Shown: positions 24,381-37,050 of the stretch, in pieces
How positions within the stretch are numbered: position 1 is the first letter of the stretch
How the letters are laid out: each line of letters starts with the position of its first letter
From: Chrysomallon squamiferum
Taxonomy: Eukaryota > Animalia > Mollusca
NCBI GenBank assembly: GCA_012295275.1
Contig: CM022669.1
Span: forward strand, 7,626,001 to 7,690,000
Length of the DNA: 64,000 nucleotides
Reading direction: 5' to 3'
The notes under the pieces: generated by a model
What the model was told of the DNA's origin: nothing
The model's input: only the letters and a program-made list of their open reading frames with translations
The model's database searches: none
Program-made: the position numbers and the translations under genes

Positions 24381-26362
24381 TAATAATAATATTAATAATA
24401 AAACAATAATAACAACAACAACAACAACAACAAAAATATATATATGTTTTGTAATTGCTAGACCAAAAAATAAAAACACCAATTTTCCAAACTGTGAGAC
24501 ACTTACTGATTATGAATTAACAAATATTTAAACACTATTGCTAACTATAGAATTTACTTAATGACTGTTCCTTTCTTCATTCTCAGCTGGATCCAGTGCT
24601 GCCCTTGGTTACCATCACTTTCCCAGAAGGTATCATCATTTCCATCAGTCAAGTTTTCAGGGCCATCGTCCTCCTAAACAAAATAAACATCAGACATTAT
24701 TATTATATGTTCAGTTCATATTTATTATTACTGTCAAATAAAATAATATGTAAACATCAGTCATTATGTGTTTAGTTCATATTTATTATTACAGCCAGAT
24801 TAAATAATACATAAAGATCAGTCATTATATAATATGTGTACAGATTATATTTATTATTACTGCCAGATAAAATGATATGTAAACATCTCAATGTCAACCT
24901 TCCTCTCCTTTGAACTAAAGACAACCATTTATTACTAGAAAATAATGTATTTATTTCAAATGTTTATATTAATTAATTTAGCTTTTAGTTATTGTTGCTG
25001 TTGTTGATTTGTTTGGTTTTTTTTTTTTTTTTTTTTTTTAAATCTTCATGTGCACATTATGTGTAAAACACCACAAGAATTCTCTATTTACACAAAATGA
25101 TGACACATCAATAGATTCAACGTATGTCTTGATGGTGCCAAGTTGTTCATTATCAGGTGGCAGATGCTGTGACATCAGCTTGACCAGAGCAACATCGTGC
25201 TCTAGAGTCCAGCTTGGTGGTATAGCTTGCAGTCGAGCTACAGCATCCTTATCAGGCTCATTGACAGGAGATTTATACTTGGGAATCTTCAGAGCATAAG
25301 TTTCAATAACAACATCTTCCCAACTAAGCAAAAAAAAGAATGACATTGAATTAATACAGATGTTTAAACTATTCTTCTGCCATCTAACCTCCTCATTTCA
25401 CAGTTTGTTAATGATACTGTTATTTGGATCAATACCTTACATAAATTAGATATTTTCTGGCAAGAATTTCCTTGATAGTAAAACAAGTTAATAAATGATT
25501 CATAAAAATTAAAAATTAATAATAGAGATCCAAGCAGGAATCCTATCCAGTACTGTAAAGGAAATATCTGCTTAAGCTTAGTATCTGACATTCCCGTCAC
25601 TGTTTCCAAAAAATGAATAGTTATCACCAACACCAAAATATTTAACTGTGGTAAAGTAAACCATACCCAGATATTATACTGGACTGTTACCACTTCTGCT
25701 GTTATTAAAGTATACAACAGAACTAAGATTAGTTTATGTTCATATAATAATATAGTTAATAAGAACACAAAGAATGAACTTGTGTATTTGTTTAATTTAT
25801 AAAATGATAGTTTTAGTCATACCAGTTATTTTGTAATATTATAAAAACCCAAATCAATATTTATTAACTGCTTCTAACAGACAGCACCAGAATGGTACCC
25901 AAGAAATATAAAATGAAAGGGAGTAGGGGAAACTGTTATTTTAGTTACCAGTTAGCAATACGGGAAAATTAAAAAAATAATTAGAATAAAATATATATTA
26001 ATTTCATAATCACACATACACCAGTTGTAAGCAAATAATACATATACATACTTTTGTTGACATTTATCATCTGTAACAGCAACAACTGCCGGGGCTTCTT
26101 CAGTTGAACTGCGACTACTGTAAAGCAGAAGCCAAGCACTATTTTCATAGACAACAGGCTCTGCATTTGGAGTGGCTAAAAACTGAAATTTGAAAAGAAA
26201 AGAATAAAGTTATTTTAGACTTTCAGTGTTTTAAAAAAGACATAAATACCAGTCCAACATTTAACAGTCATTTAATAACAATTTAATTAATTACTGTTTT
26301 CAAATATCCTTTATAAAATCTTCTCCCATCATATATATGAAATTTTAAAAATTTAAAATATT

Positions 26363-26399
<37 letters not shown>

Positions 26400-26821
26400 T
26401 CAAGATATATTATATATAGGTAATATTTAAGACTGAAGTTACAGTGATGATCCCATCCCCTACGCTTTCGAAATCAGTCTACCGGCTGTACATGAATATT
26501 CCCCATTATATTAAATATCCATTTTATAATGTTCTTCATTACTTTCTTTACTGAAATCCATTTTCCACTGCTATTGCAATGTTCTTCTCCACTAGCATAA
26601 AGCAAACTCTCTGGCGTACAAGCGATGTCACCGAGCTTTTTACTTTTGACGTCTGCTTCATGATAAAATTTCAGTGTCGTCTTTTTAGGAGAATAATAAA
26701 TAATTTGACCTGGTACATAACATAAACTTTCCGGCAAAGGTTTTAATTCATGTATGCATTTAATACAATCTTGTAAACATCGAATTCTTGCAAGTTTGCG
26801 CCTTGCTGACGGAATGTTCAT
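16909..26821 (-). CDS. HECTD3: E3 ubiquitin ligase HECTD3 (DOC/APC10 + HECT domains)
   Basis: About 18 exons. N-terminus [31 protein letters not shown]; DOC domain [54 protein letters not shown]; [45 protein letters not shown], catalytic [14 protein letters not shown]; ends DTDMNPWED* (stop 16909-16911). Confidence 0.96.
22545..22945 (-). repeat. Triplicated exon-start/acceptor segment in a HECTD3 intron, interrupted by (CA)n
   Basis: TGTCTATTCCTCCAGCTGTTCATG...TTTTAATGCATGTTAAC at ~22545 (true acceptor), ~22761 and (diverged) ~22860. Confidence 0.85.
24680..24890. repeat. Tandem repeat, ~3.3 copies of ~62-68 bp next to a HECTD3 acceptor
   Basis: AAACATCAGTCATTAT...CATATTTATTATTACTGCCAGATAAAATAATA units. 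Confidence 0.8.
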
Positions 26822-27251
26822 TTTGTTGACATTACTATCACTATTATGCTAAACATCATATACTGACATGCAGAAATGAAAATTTTATTAACGATTGACT
26901 GATATTTTGTAAATAATTATGAAACGGAAACATTATAAAGTAACAGTGTACATTTTGCTTCATTTAATTTTTTCCCTTTCTCGAGAAACACCAAGGCAAT
27001 TTTTAGATTAAAAAAACAAAACAACTTATGCACAATGAAATCATTTCTGCTGTTTTCAAAATGCACACGCTTCATAGCAATTTTTATCGATAAGCATATT
27101 ACAAATGTTGTAAATTTCATTTACAAGTAGAAATCCCAATGTGAATTTTATCACTTTAGAGTAAACTTGTTCCGCGTTTTGACAAGAGCCCTTTTTATTT
27201 AATGTATTTCTTAATCTCTTTTCCTATTTTTGTTCTCTCTCTCTCTCTCTT

Positions 27252-27341
<90 letters not shown>

Positions 27342-27572
27342 CTTTTATAACGTTAGTGCTAATATTAAACTAAGTCCGCATTTTGAACGATTCCCAATAA
27401 TTGTAAACATAACGCACATGTTCAGTTTAGACATGCGCATGAATTAACTTCCTCTGTTTTCGCAATGTGCCATGAAATGTGTTGATTTGATACCTGGTCT
27501 CGTTAACAATCCTTTATTAACTAATTTGTAATTATAATATATCTATATTTGTCAAAGTCAAATTAAGAAAAT
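26822..27572. promoter_or_regulatory. Bidirectional promoter region HECTD3/NSA2
   Basis: Divergent start codons ~750 bp apart; CATGCGCATG palindrome at 27432-27441 (NRF1-like); pyrimidine-rich CTTCCTCTGTTTT at ~27448 (TCT-initiator-like); (TA)n(GA)n microsatellite at 27253-27337. Confidence 0.65.
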
Positions 27573-28612
27573 ATGGTAGGTATTACTCATATAGATGTTT
27601 TAATTATTGATTTCGGAATTTAATATTTATATTACTAAAACAATAAACATTATAATGATTATAATTTATAGTATAATAATAATGTATATACTTACAGTTA
27701 AACTTACACTCACGATGTAGACTGTTACAATTATTAAGTTAATAAAAATAGGATAATATTAATATTAATAATACTATATTAACAGTTATACAGCTTGTCG
27801 TTATATAAAGGTTATAGTAGGTATGTGACAAAATTTTCTAAAATATTATTTTCCTGAAACATTATGATTATGATTATATACCATTAGTAGAAAGAGCAAA
27901 AAATAAATAAAAATAAAAATAATGCATATTAAAATGACACCAAGATCACTTTGATAGCATTTTAAAATTTTAATGATTTATATGAAAACGTTACGAATTT
28001 TTATCCGAATAAAATTTGAAGGTAATTTTCCTTTATAATCTATGGATAAACTGTGATTCGTTTGTCATTGCACAACATAAACATTGAATTGTGAATATAG
28101 TGAACATTTCATTACCTCATATAGTTTTAATCCAATATACATGTATTATATATCAAAATGAAGGTTTGGGTAGTTCTAAAGCTGTACAGTATTCTTAAGC
28201 ACGTTGCTAATAATAGTAATATTTATAAATTTTAATTTTAATTCATTAATTAATTGCACTAATTAGCTCAAAAATACAACAAACGAATCACTTGAAAATA
28301 TGTGAAAATAATGACAAACTATAAATGTGAATGAGGGTACCCCCTTCAATGAAAGCAAAAATGTGTCACAAAAATGTGGCTAGCTTCCACACATATCTAG
28401 ATAGACAGTGTGGTTTTGGATCATATGTCATATTATACATAATGTGGGATGAGATATTTGTTGAGGCTTCTTTTGCATCACTTCATACCTGTGTAAATTA
28501 TTAAATGATTAATATTCTATATAAAACTTCCTCCTACTCCTCCTCCTTTTCCATTACTCTGTATTTAACCTTTATTTTTAAATATTGCAGAAATAAAATT
28601 CAGATATTATTA

Positions 28613-28682
<70 letters not shown>

Positions 28683-30394
28683 AATTATTATTATTATTAT
28701 TATCATCATCATCATTGTTATTATTATTATAAATTTAATAGTTCTGATATACGTATATTCTGAGTATCATCAGCTTGATCAGGACCTTTGAATTTTAATT
28801 TTTCACAGCCTCAGAATGAACATATTGAGCTTCATAGGAAGCGCCATGGTCGACGCCTTGACTACCATGAAAGAAAGTAAGAACTAATTCACATCACCAT
28901 ATCTCTTTCACTATTATTATAAAAATACAATAAATATAATAATTTATACATATGTTTCCTTGTTTTTGCTTTGTTATCAGGAACAGAAAATTTTACAGTA
29001 TTACAAACTTTTATTTTTCATAGAAACAACTGTTAATTTGTAACAATAAGTACTGTTATCTTTGTTTGGAGTCTCAGTTTAGTAACCCAGTTTATGTATC
29101 TGAAGAATCTTTTGATATTAAGTATAAAATAAAATACTGTTATTAACACAAGTAAATTATGATTGGCTGTTTCAGGAGGAAAAAGGAGGGCCGCAGAGCT
29201 CATGAGATGGCAGAAAAGGCTAAAAAGCTACGAGGAATTAAGTAAGTTTTTATAATTCTTTTGAATGTATCTGGAGAGAAGGATTATTATTTGTTGTCAT
29301 AATGTCATTAGTTTACTGAAATACTGTTTTTATAGACTGAGATAATGTTCTAAACATGTATGTTAAAACCGGGGTGGTTTCACAGGTAATTTGCTGATAA
29401 AATTACTTATCGGATTAAAAGAATATTAATGATTTAATTGATTTTTAAAATCAGATTGACAGAGATGAGAACTCAACAGTTGAAACTATATGTAGCTATC
29501 TATAAATATTTGTATATAAATTGAGTCTTTGGAACATCCAAGCCTTTTTTCATCGTTGATGTCTGTTTTTTTTCCTCCAGAGCAAAACTGTACAACAAGA
29601 AACGGCATTCAGAGAAAATCCAGATGAAGAAAACGTAAGTGTATTTTTGAAATTTGTTTCATTATTTTAATGTTTTCTTTTACTTATAGTTTTAATAATT
29701 ATACATTTGTCTTTTTTTTTACCACAATTTTATGCATAGTTTGAAACTTTTTCTTTTTTTGTAAGTAAATATTTATCAGATTTATCAGACTAACAAATGA
29801 CCAGTGAATAACTATATTTTAACAACATTAACATGTTTGTTGCTGTTGCTGTGGAACTGAGAATATGTGTTGAGACTAATGAAAATATATATTAAAAAAC
29901 AGCCATCTTCTAGAACACTGTTTTATTCCAAGTGCAAGGTTATGGGCTTTATCTTTTATTTACACTAGCAGGTTTGAAAATTGATTTTTGTGATGGAGAA
30001 GTGCAAATTTGGGCTTCTTTCTATAAATTCTAAATTATATTTCTATTAAATTTGTATGATGTGATGATAATTATTTTGCTTTACTTTACACTTTAGAATT
30101 AAGATGCACGAAGAAAGGAAAACACGCCAGAAGACCACAGACAATGTGCCAGAGGGCGCTGTACCAGCATATCTGCTCGACAGAGAGGGTCAAAGTAGAG
30201 CAAAGGTTCTATCCAACATGATAAAACAGAAGAGGAAAGAGAAAGCTGTAAGTGAACATTTGCTTTGAACAAAATTAATTAAACAGTTTTATTCTTTTCA
30301 AAACTACTGGTAGCATTTCAACCAAGTAAAAATAAAAATTTTATTTGCATCATAAAGATTTAGTAACAAGCTAATTCTATTTTAGAATATCATT

Positions 30395-30433
<39 letters not shown>

Positions 30434-32677
30434 TTATGGTTTATGTGTAGATTTAAATAGTTTAATCTCTTTTTCACATACCAGTAAGAAATTAGTATCA
30501 GCAAGTTTTATTTTTATGTTTTTTTAGGGAAAGTGGGACGTTCCTCTCCCCAAAGTACGAGGAATGAGTCAAGCAGAAGTATTTAAAGTTGTAAAAACAG
30601 GAAAATCAAAAAGTAAGTATTTAGTATCCTCCATAAAATTAGATTAGTTGATAATTCAATTTCCATTCAAATAGCATTCAGAAGATTTTAACAACTTTAA
30701 GCTTAGAAATTCTTTATTAACAAATGGTAATTTGATTAAGGACTAAATCAAGTGAACTTGATATATTTTTTTTTATATATATATTACATGCAATATAAAT
30801 AATTTATGTTATGGTACAGTTACAACACATTTATTTTTTTTTTATTTACAGGAAAAGCTTGGAAGAGAATGGTAACAAAAGTGACATATGTTGGAGAAGG
30901 TTTTACAAGGAAACCTCCAAAATTTGAAAGATTTATACGACCTATGGTAAAAAGAAGTTTATAATATACTATCATAACATATCTAGAAATATAATTCAGG
31001 ATTCTTGTTTGTGGAATTAGTAATTTCTAATTAATGTTCTATTCAAAGACCTGGATATTGTTTAAACATTCACTATTCCTTAGAGTATTGCTCATTACTT
31101 CTAGTTGATTATTATAAATGGTTGTTGATTTGCTTTTTCTGTCTGTGGGAAAACATTTATTAAATATTCCTAGCTTTTAACACAATAATTAAACAATTAG
31201 GCCACTGTATTGCACAGATTCAATAACATTTTAAATTTATTTACATGAGTTTGTGAGGAAGTTGTTTGTTTTAATTGCAGCATACTTTAAATATTTCCTG
31301 TAACAGTGATATAAATTAAAATCGAAATAACAGTTTATTAACTAATTAACTGATGTAGTACAACAAGGGACAGGTATGTATAAAATTGAAAACAAAATTC
31401 ATTTTTTTTTTTGTAATTATTTTACCTTCATTTATATTACACACATCACTGCAACTAAGAAAAACAATATAAATTAATACTTATTCATCAATGCTTTTTT
31501 ACTTTTAATAATGTCCACTGGTAAGACTGTAAGATTCATGTGAAATATAAAATTGTATAGGAATGTTTACAATTATTTTCAGGCTCTCCGATTCAAGAAA
31601 GCTCATGTGACTCATCCTGAGCTGAAAGCCACATTTTGCCTTCCAATTATTGGTGTCAAGAAGAATCCCAGCTCACCCATGTACACATCTCTAGGTGTCA
31701 TAACTAAGGGAACAGTCATTGAGGTATCTTCATTCATATATACTTACTGAGATATTTTTATTCACATTCTTATTATCAAATGTATTACAGTCCACCCATT
31801 TATTGAGCTACTCTGTTTCAAACAATTTATTATAGTGTTTTTCAGATGTTTTACATGTATGTATAAATGTTTTTATTTATTACATATATCTTTATGGATA
31901 TTTATACATATATTTTTGAAAGAACAGTTTTCCTAAACATTTATCTGTGGAAGAGGTATGCTTAAAATCACATTATGCATGTGCCTCAGGTTACATAAAT
32001 AATAGTTTTTTTTTTTATTTGTATACGCCAATTATAAAATAAAAAATATTACACAGGAATATTAGTCCATCCACAACCATTACCTTTCAGTAGCTAATGT
32101 AAGGCTTTGGGGAATGGAATGATTGTTCAAGAGGTTTGTTAAAAATTATTTTTAAAAAAACATTCAGAACATTTTTATTTTAATACTACAATTTTCTTAT
32201 TCAGGTGAATATCAGTGAATTAGGTTTAGTTACACAAGGAGGAAAGGTTATATGGGGTAAGTGTCAAGATAATTATAATTAAAAAATATTTAAAAATTAA
32301 TTTGTAAGAAAATTATGTCCCAAATTTGTCCTAAAAAAGCATTCCAATTTATCTTTAAAAAATAACAAACAACTTGATTTTTATTATTATTGGTTAATGT
32401 TCAAGTTCAAATCATTGATAAAAAAAAGAATAAAGAATCTTTCTCCCTGCTCTGTTTTTATTACCATTTTTGGAATACTGTATTCCCGTAAAGCTGAAAT
32501 TAAATCTAATGTAACATATTTTTTTAAACCTTTGAACATCATTTAATCAAGTATCATCTTTCAAATTTTTTAAATTATGTTTCATTTATATTTTTTAATT
32601 TTTCCTCAGGAAAATACGCTCAAGTTACAAACAACCCAGAGAATGACGGATGTATAAATGCTGTTCTGCTGGTTTAG
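27573..32677 (+). CDS. NSA2: Ribosome biogenesis protein NSA2 homolog
   Basis: First coding exon is only ATG (27573-27575, then GTAGG); exons 28809-28876 ([22 protein letters not shown]), 29176-29241, 29581-29634, 30097-30247, 30528-30612, 30852-30946, 31583-31723, 32205-32256, 32610-32677 ([22 protein letters not shown]). Confidence 0.97.
31427..31520 (-). repeat. Copy of the KXD1 last-exon acceptor region inside an NSA2 intron
   Basis: TTATATTACACACATCACTGCAACTAAGAAAAACAATATAAATTAATACTTATTCATCAATGCTTTTTTAC is near-identical to 33538-33627. Confidence 0.85.
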
Positions 32678-33487
32678 AATGCAGTTTAAAACAAAATACA
32701 AGACTACAAATTATGGCTTATAGGGAAACATCAAAGAAACAAAAGCATTTAAAATATTACATACATAAAAATTTATCAAGGTTCAAAATTTGGAAAGCAA
32801 ATAAAAAATATATATATTCTTGTTCATCTTTTTACAAATAAGTGGATCAATTTCAGAAAAGGGGGACACAATTACTTCAGTACTGGTACAACATAACACA
32901 CTTCTGTGGTAAATGTCATTGAAGTATGAACACATTTTTGTTTATCACAGACAGTATTGACATTTCAGGCAGATTTCCTAAAATTTAAATGATAGACGAA
33001 AATAAAGATCAACACATTTGACTCATACTATAAATTTTATTGTCATGTTATTGTTATGAAAGACTGAATAAAGACATTTCATTGGCACTGAGAAAGCGAA
33101 ATTAAAATATTTCATTATCTCCATGATTGTGAAATAAAGACATTTCATTATTTTTCTCTTGTTTTTTTTTTTATGTTTTATGTTGTCAGTCCTTTTGATT
33201 TTAATTCATACTGTCAGTTTTTTGTGTGTGTTTTCTTGTCTGCAATTGCTATTGTAAATTAAAAAAGAACAACAACAACAACAAAAAACATAAAATTTAT
33301 ACTGCTCAACATAACTTTTTTTTTGCCGGTAGTAATTTACTGTAGAATGCTTCTCCTCAGCTCTGTATCACAACAGAAATTAGCAGTTTTATACTGAGTT
33401 ATTCATTCATTAGTTTGTGTTTTTGTAATTTAATAAATTAATATGAAGATATTCCACTCGGTTATTTTACTGAAAGTCATTGGATCA

Positions 33488-34884
33488 TCAGGTTCCACCT
33501 GTCTCATCTTTAGTTGTTTCTTCACTTTCCACTTCTATTATATTACACACATCACTGCAAGCTAAGAAAAAGAATATAAATTAATACTCATTCATTAATG
33601 CTTTTTTACATTTAATACTGCCCACTACTTAATGTCAGACTTTTGATTTTTGTTTGATAATAATATTAGTTAAACAACTTCTGCAGCCATTTCATTGATT
33701 GGTTATTAATAATAATCATTATATATTAAATAGATGATTACAGATGGATAAATATTGTAACTCATATTGTAGCCATGAGTTACAGCTGAAATGTGAAATT
33801 GCTCACTATATTACAGAATGAGTTACCTACTCGTGAGCAAAACAAAATAAACACAAGAAATATTTCTGCTGTATGTTTTCATAACGGTTTCATCAATTAA
33901 TATTTATGAAAAAACCATTTTGTATTATAAATATATATTTGCTAGTGGCAACTTTAAATAAATCAAAGAATTAAACAAACCTGCAAAAGCATCAGGATGC
34001 ATTTTTGTTAATCTTTGTTTCAGGTTCCTAAAAAAAACAAGTAAATGATATATGTTGATATAAATGTATTAAATGTTTAACCGAGTAACTTACACTTAAG
34101 TTTATTATTAACACACATATTTGTATCCATTAATTTTTCTTAAAAAATTACTCAAAATAAGAATTTTTTTTTTCTTTTGTATTTTTTCTATATATAATTT
34201 GTCTTACAATAGGGGCAAAATCAATGAACAATATTTTTCCTAAATAATGGTGATTTTTGGTGGTGATTTTTGGTGGTGTTTTTTTGTTTTGTTTTTTTAA
34301 ATTACATTATGAACAGAATAAAATTATTTAACTAAAAGTTTAAAATTTATATCCTACCTTATTCTTTTAAAAACAACATCGAGATCTTTTTTCATTTCAT
34401 ACAACATCTGTGTGTGTTTTTTGAAATCCTGATTTGTTGTTTCATAACGCTGAGCTGACAACATATTGAAGTTTATTAACATCTCGTTGGTTTTCTCATA
34501 TCGTGTAAGCCTGGAAAAAAATATTTAAAAAAAATTATCAAAAATATAAAGGAAAATGATCTTTTAAATAAATAATAAATATACGTAATATGATAATGAT
34601 AAAAAACAATAATAATAATTATTATTCATTTACTTATTTATTGATTGATTTTAGTGTGATTGGAATATCAGAAATGAAAATTATTCCATTGCTAAAGTTT
34701 ATTTCATTAAAAAAATATATATATATAAAATTATAATTCTTATTATTTGCTTTTTTTACATTTCTCTTTGATGTTGAACCATCAAATCGATGTCCGATTT
34801 CTTCACTTGGTTAACCAATGATTCCGCTATAACAACGGCATTATCTAGCTTATCTACGTCATCTTCTGTTGTCTGAGAGGCCAT
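33488..34884 (-). CDS. KXD1: KxDL motif-containing protein 1 (BORC subunit)
   Basis: Not in the ORF track. Four exons: 34884-34760 (MASQTTEDDVDKLDNAVVIAESLVNQVKKSDIDLMVQHQREM), 34510-34358 (LTRYEKTNEMLINFNMLSAQRY...HTQMLYEMKKDLDVVFKRIR), 34027-33981 (NLKQRLTKMHPDAFA), 33561-33488 (ACSDVCNIIEVESEETTKDETGGT*). Splice phases are consistent. Confidence 0.93.
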
Positions 34885-35474
34885 TTTATTAACCATTCCC
34901 AATTAAAATTAATATCTACAACACATTTTATAATTATATTATTAAAAGTACATTTGTTGTTATTATTAAATTGAGATCCTCTTATTTGTTACGCTTTAGC
35001 AAAAAATTGCGTATTTACAAGAACACCGACGTATTTCAGTTGTTTATTATTCTCACTAGAGTAATCTCTCTTTGGTCGGCAAAAGCCGGGTAAATTCGTA
35101 ATATTTTAACAAGTTCTCAAATATAATATTTCTAAATTTTTTTAAACGAATTATCCAGTTTTAATATTTTTAAATGAATTATTATAACTAAATTATTTAG
35201 GTTTTTAATATACTATTTTTTAAACTGCCAAACCATAATGATATAATCATTATTATTCATTGTTATTATTATTATTTACGCATTTATTTTTAAAGATATC
35301 TTCAATTTTTTTTTTTTTTTTTGTATTTGTGTGTGTGTGTGTGTGTGCCAAGATCGATTAAAAGAAAAAATCCAGTACATACATTCTCTTTCTCACATAC
35401 AGATGTACTCTCTTTAAATGAAAAAACCAACAACAAAAAAAATCACTCTTTCATACACATTATATAAATTCACT

Positions 35475-35529
<55 letters not shown>

Positions 35530-36228
35530 GTTACTTAAATAATAATAAAATATTTATTTATTTATTTTGTTTGTTTGTTGTGTTATTATTATTAATTAAT
35601 TAAGACACACTTAACACCAAACAACCTTTTTACTAAAATGTATTGATGTATCATTAAATAAACAGTCATTCCCTTTTTCTGCCAACAAAAGTATTATACA
35701 GAGAGATATACCAATATTGATGAGTCCACACTTCTCAAGTGGGTTTAGCCTTCCCAGTTAATGCAGTCAAACGATATTGTTAGTGTGTTTGCATGGCGTA
35801 AAGTAACGACAAACTCTTTTTCAGATGTAACTACTGCACGCCCCTAATTTATTACCACTGGAGATGCTGGTACCTTTATGTTGTATACAGATGTCAAATA
35901 CTGTCAACGAATGTACGCCCACAATTCATGACATTATTTTATGTGCGACGGAAATAGAATTAGAAGGCGTATTGATACAATATTCGACGACAGAACACTT
36001 AAAATTTAATTTAAGTCTTCTGCAACCCATTTACCAAATAGCCTTTTTTTTTTTCTTCTTTTCTTAGTAAAAAGTGTTCGTTACTATCTCTGATATAATC
36101 ATCATAAATATGTTCGCTAATATCATTAACTGTTGTTATAACTTTATTATAATTAAATTATTTTTAGTTGATTTTAATGTTATATTCATGTTTAAATATT
36201 TATTCATTCATTTATTTATTATGTTAAC

Positions 36229-36385
36229 ACTTATATAAAAACATATATGTAATATTTTAAATATTTGTACAAAGATAATTCATCGCAGTCTAACTGTAAA
36301 TCTGTTCTTACACACGCACACTTATATAAACACATATATGTAATATTTAAAATATTTGTACAAAGATAATTCATCACAGTCTAAT
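36229..36385. repeat. Two-copy tandem duplication (~65 bp, period ~90 bp)
   Basis: CACTTATATAAA.ACATATATGTAATATTT.AAATATTTGTACAAAGATAATTCATC.CAGTCTAA at ~36229 and ~36320. Confidence 0.85.
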
Positions 36386-36427
36386 TTAAAAAAAATTGTA
36401 AATTTCAATAAAAATTTCTTTCTATTT

Positions 36428-36491
<64 letters not shown>

Positions 36492-36874
36492 GTCGCTCAA
36501 ATAACACAATGGGTAGGTTTAAATAAATATTGCCAAGAATACCTGTATTTAAAAAAATAAAATCATTTGGGCGTCTTGTAATATAAAATATCTCAAGATA
36601 CATTAGGTGTACGTATATAAACAACAGGTGTTTGCTCGTTAAAGTATTTAAACGTTCTTTGATGTATTTAAGCGACAGTTTCTTCACAACTATCGTGAAA
36701 CGTGTTTAAACCACGCAATACTTTTAATTAAAGTCATCAAAAAGAGATAATAATGGAAGGAAGCTATTTTTAACATCATCAAATTATTGCCGTAAGTTCT
36801 GATCCGGCAAGATGTCAATACGTTTGTACCCACTAATTTAAAAATAAGTCTTGGTTAATTTATTTTCATAGTAC

Positions 36875-36949
<75 letters not shown>

Positions 36950-37050
36950 TATATTAATTTAATTTAATTTAATTAATTTTTATTTTTAATTTTTAATTTT
37001 TAAATATTTTGGTTTTGTTTTTGTTTGGTGGGCGAGAATCTTGAAAAAGG

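Noticed and set aside
31724-32204. Possible U12-type intron in NSA2 (donor GTATCTTC)
   Set aside because: Deviates from RTATCCTTT and has no clear TCCTTAAC branch site.
27576-32609. Intronic snoRNAs expected in NSA2 (and MPP10)
   Set aside because: No convincing RTGATGA...CTGA pair with an rRNA-complementary guide, or H/ACA fold, seen by eye; needs Infernal/snoscan.
36753-36773. Upstream ATG as the huckebein-like start
   Set aside because: Closes after six codons (MEGSYF*); at most a uORF.
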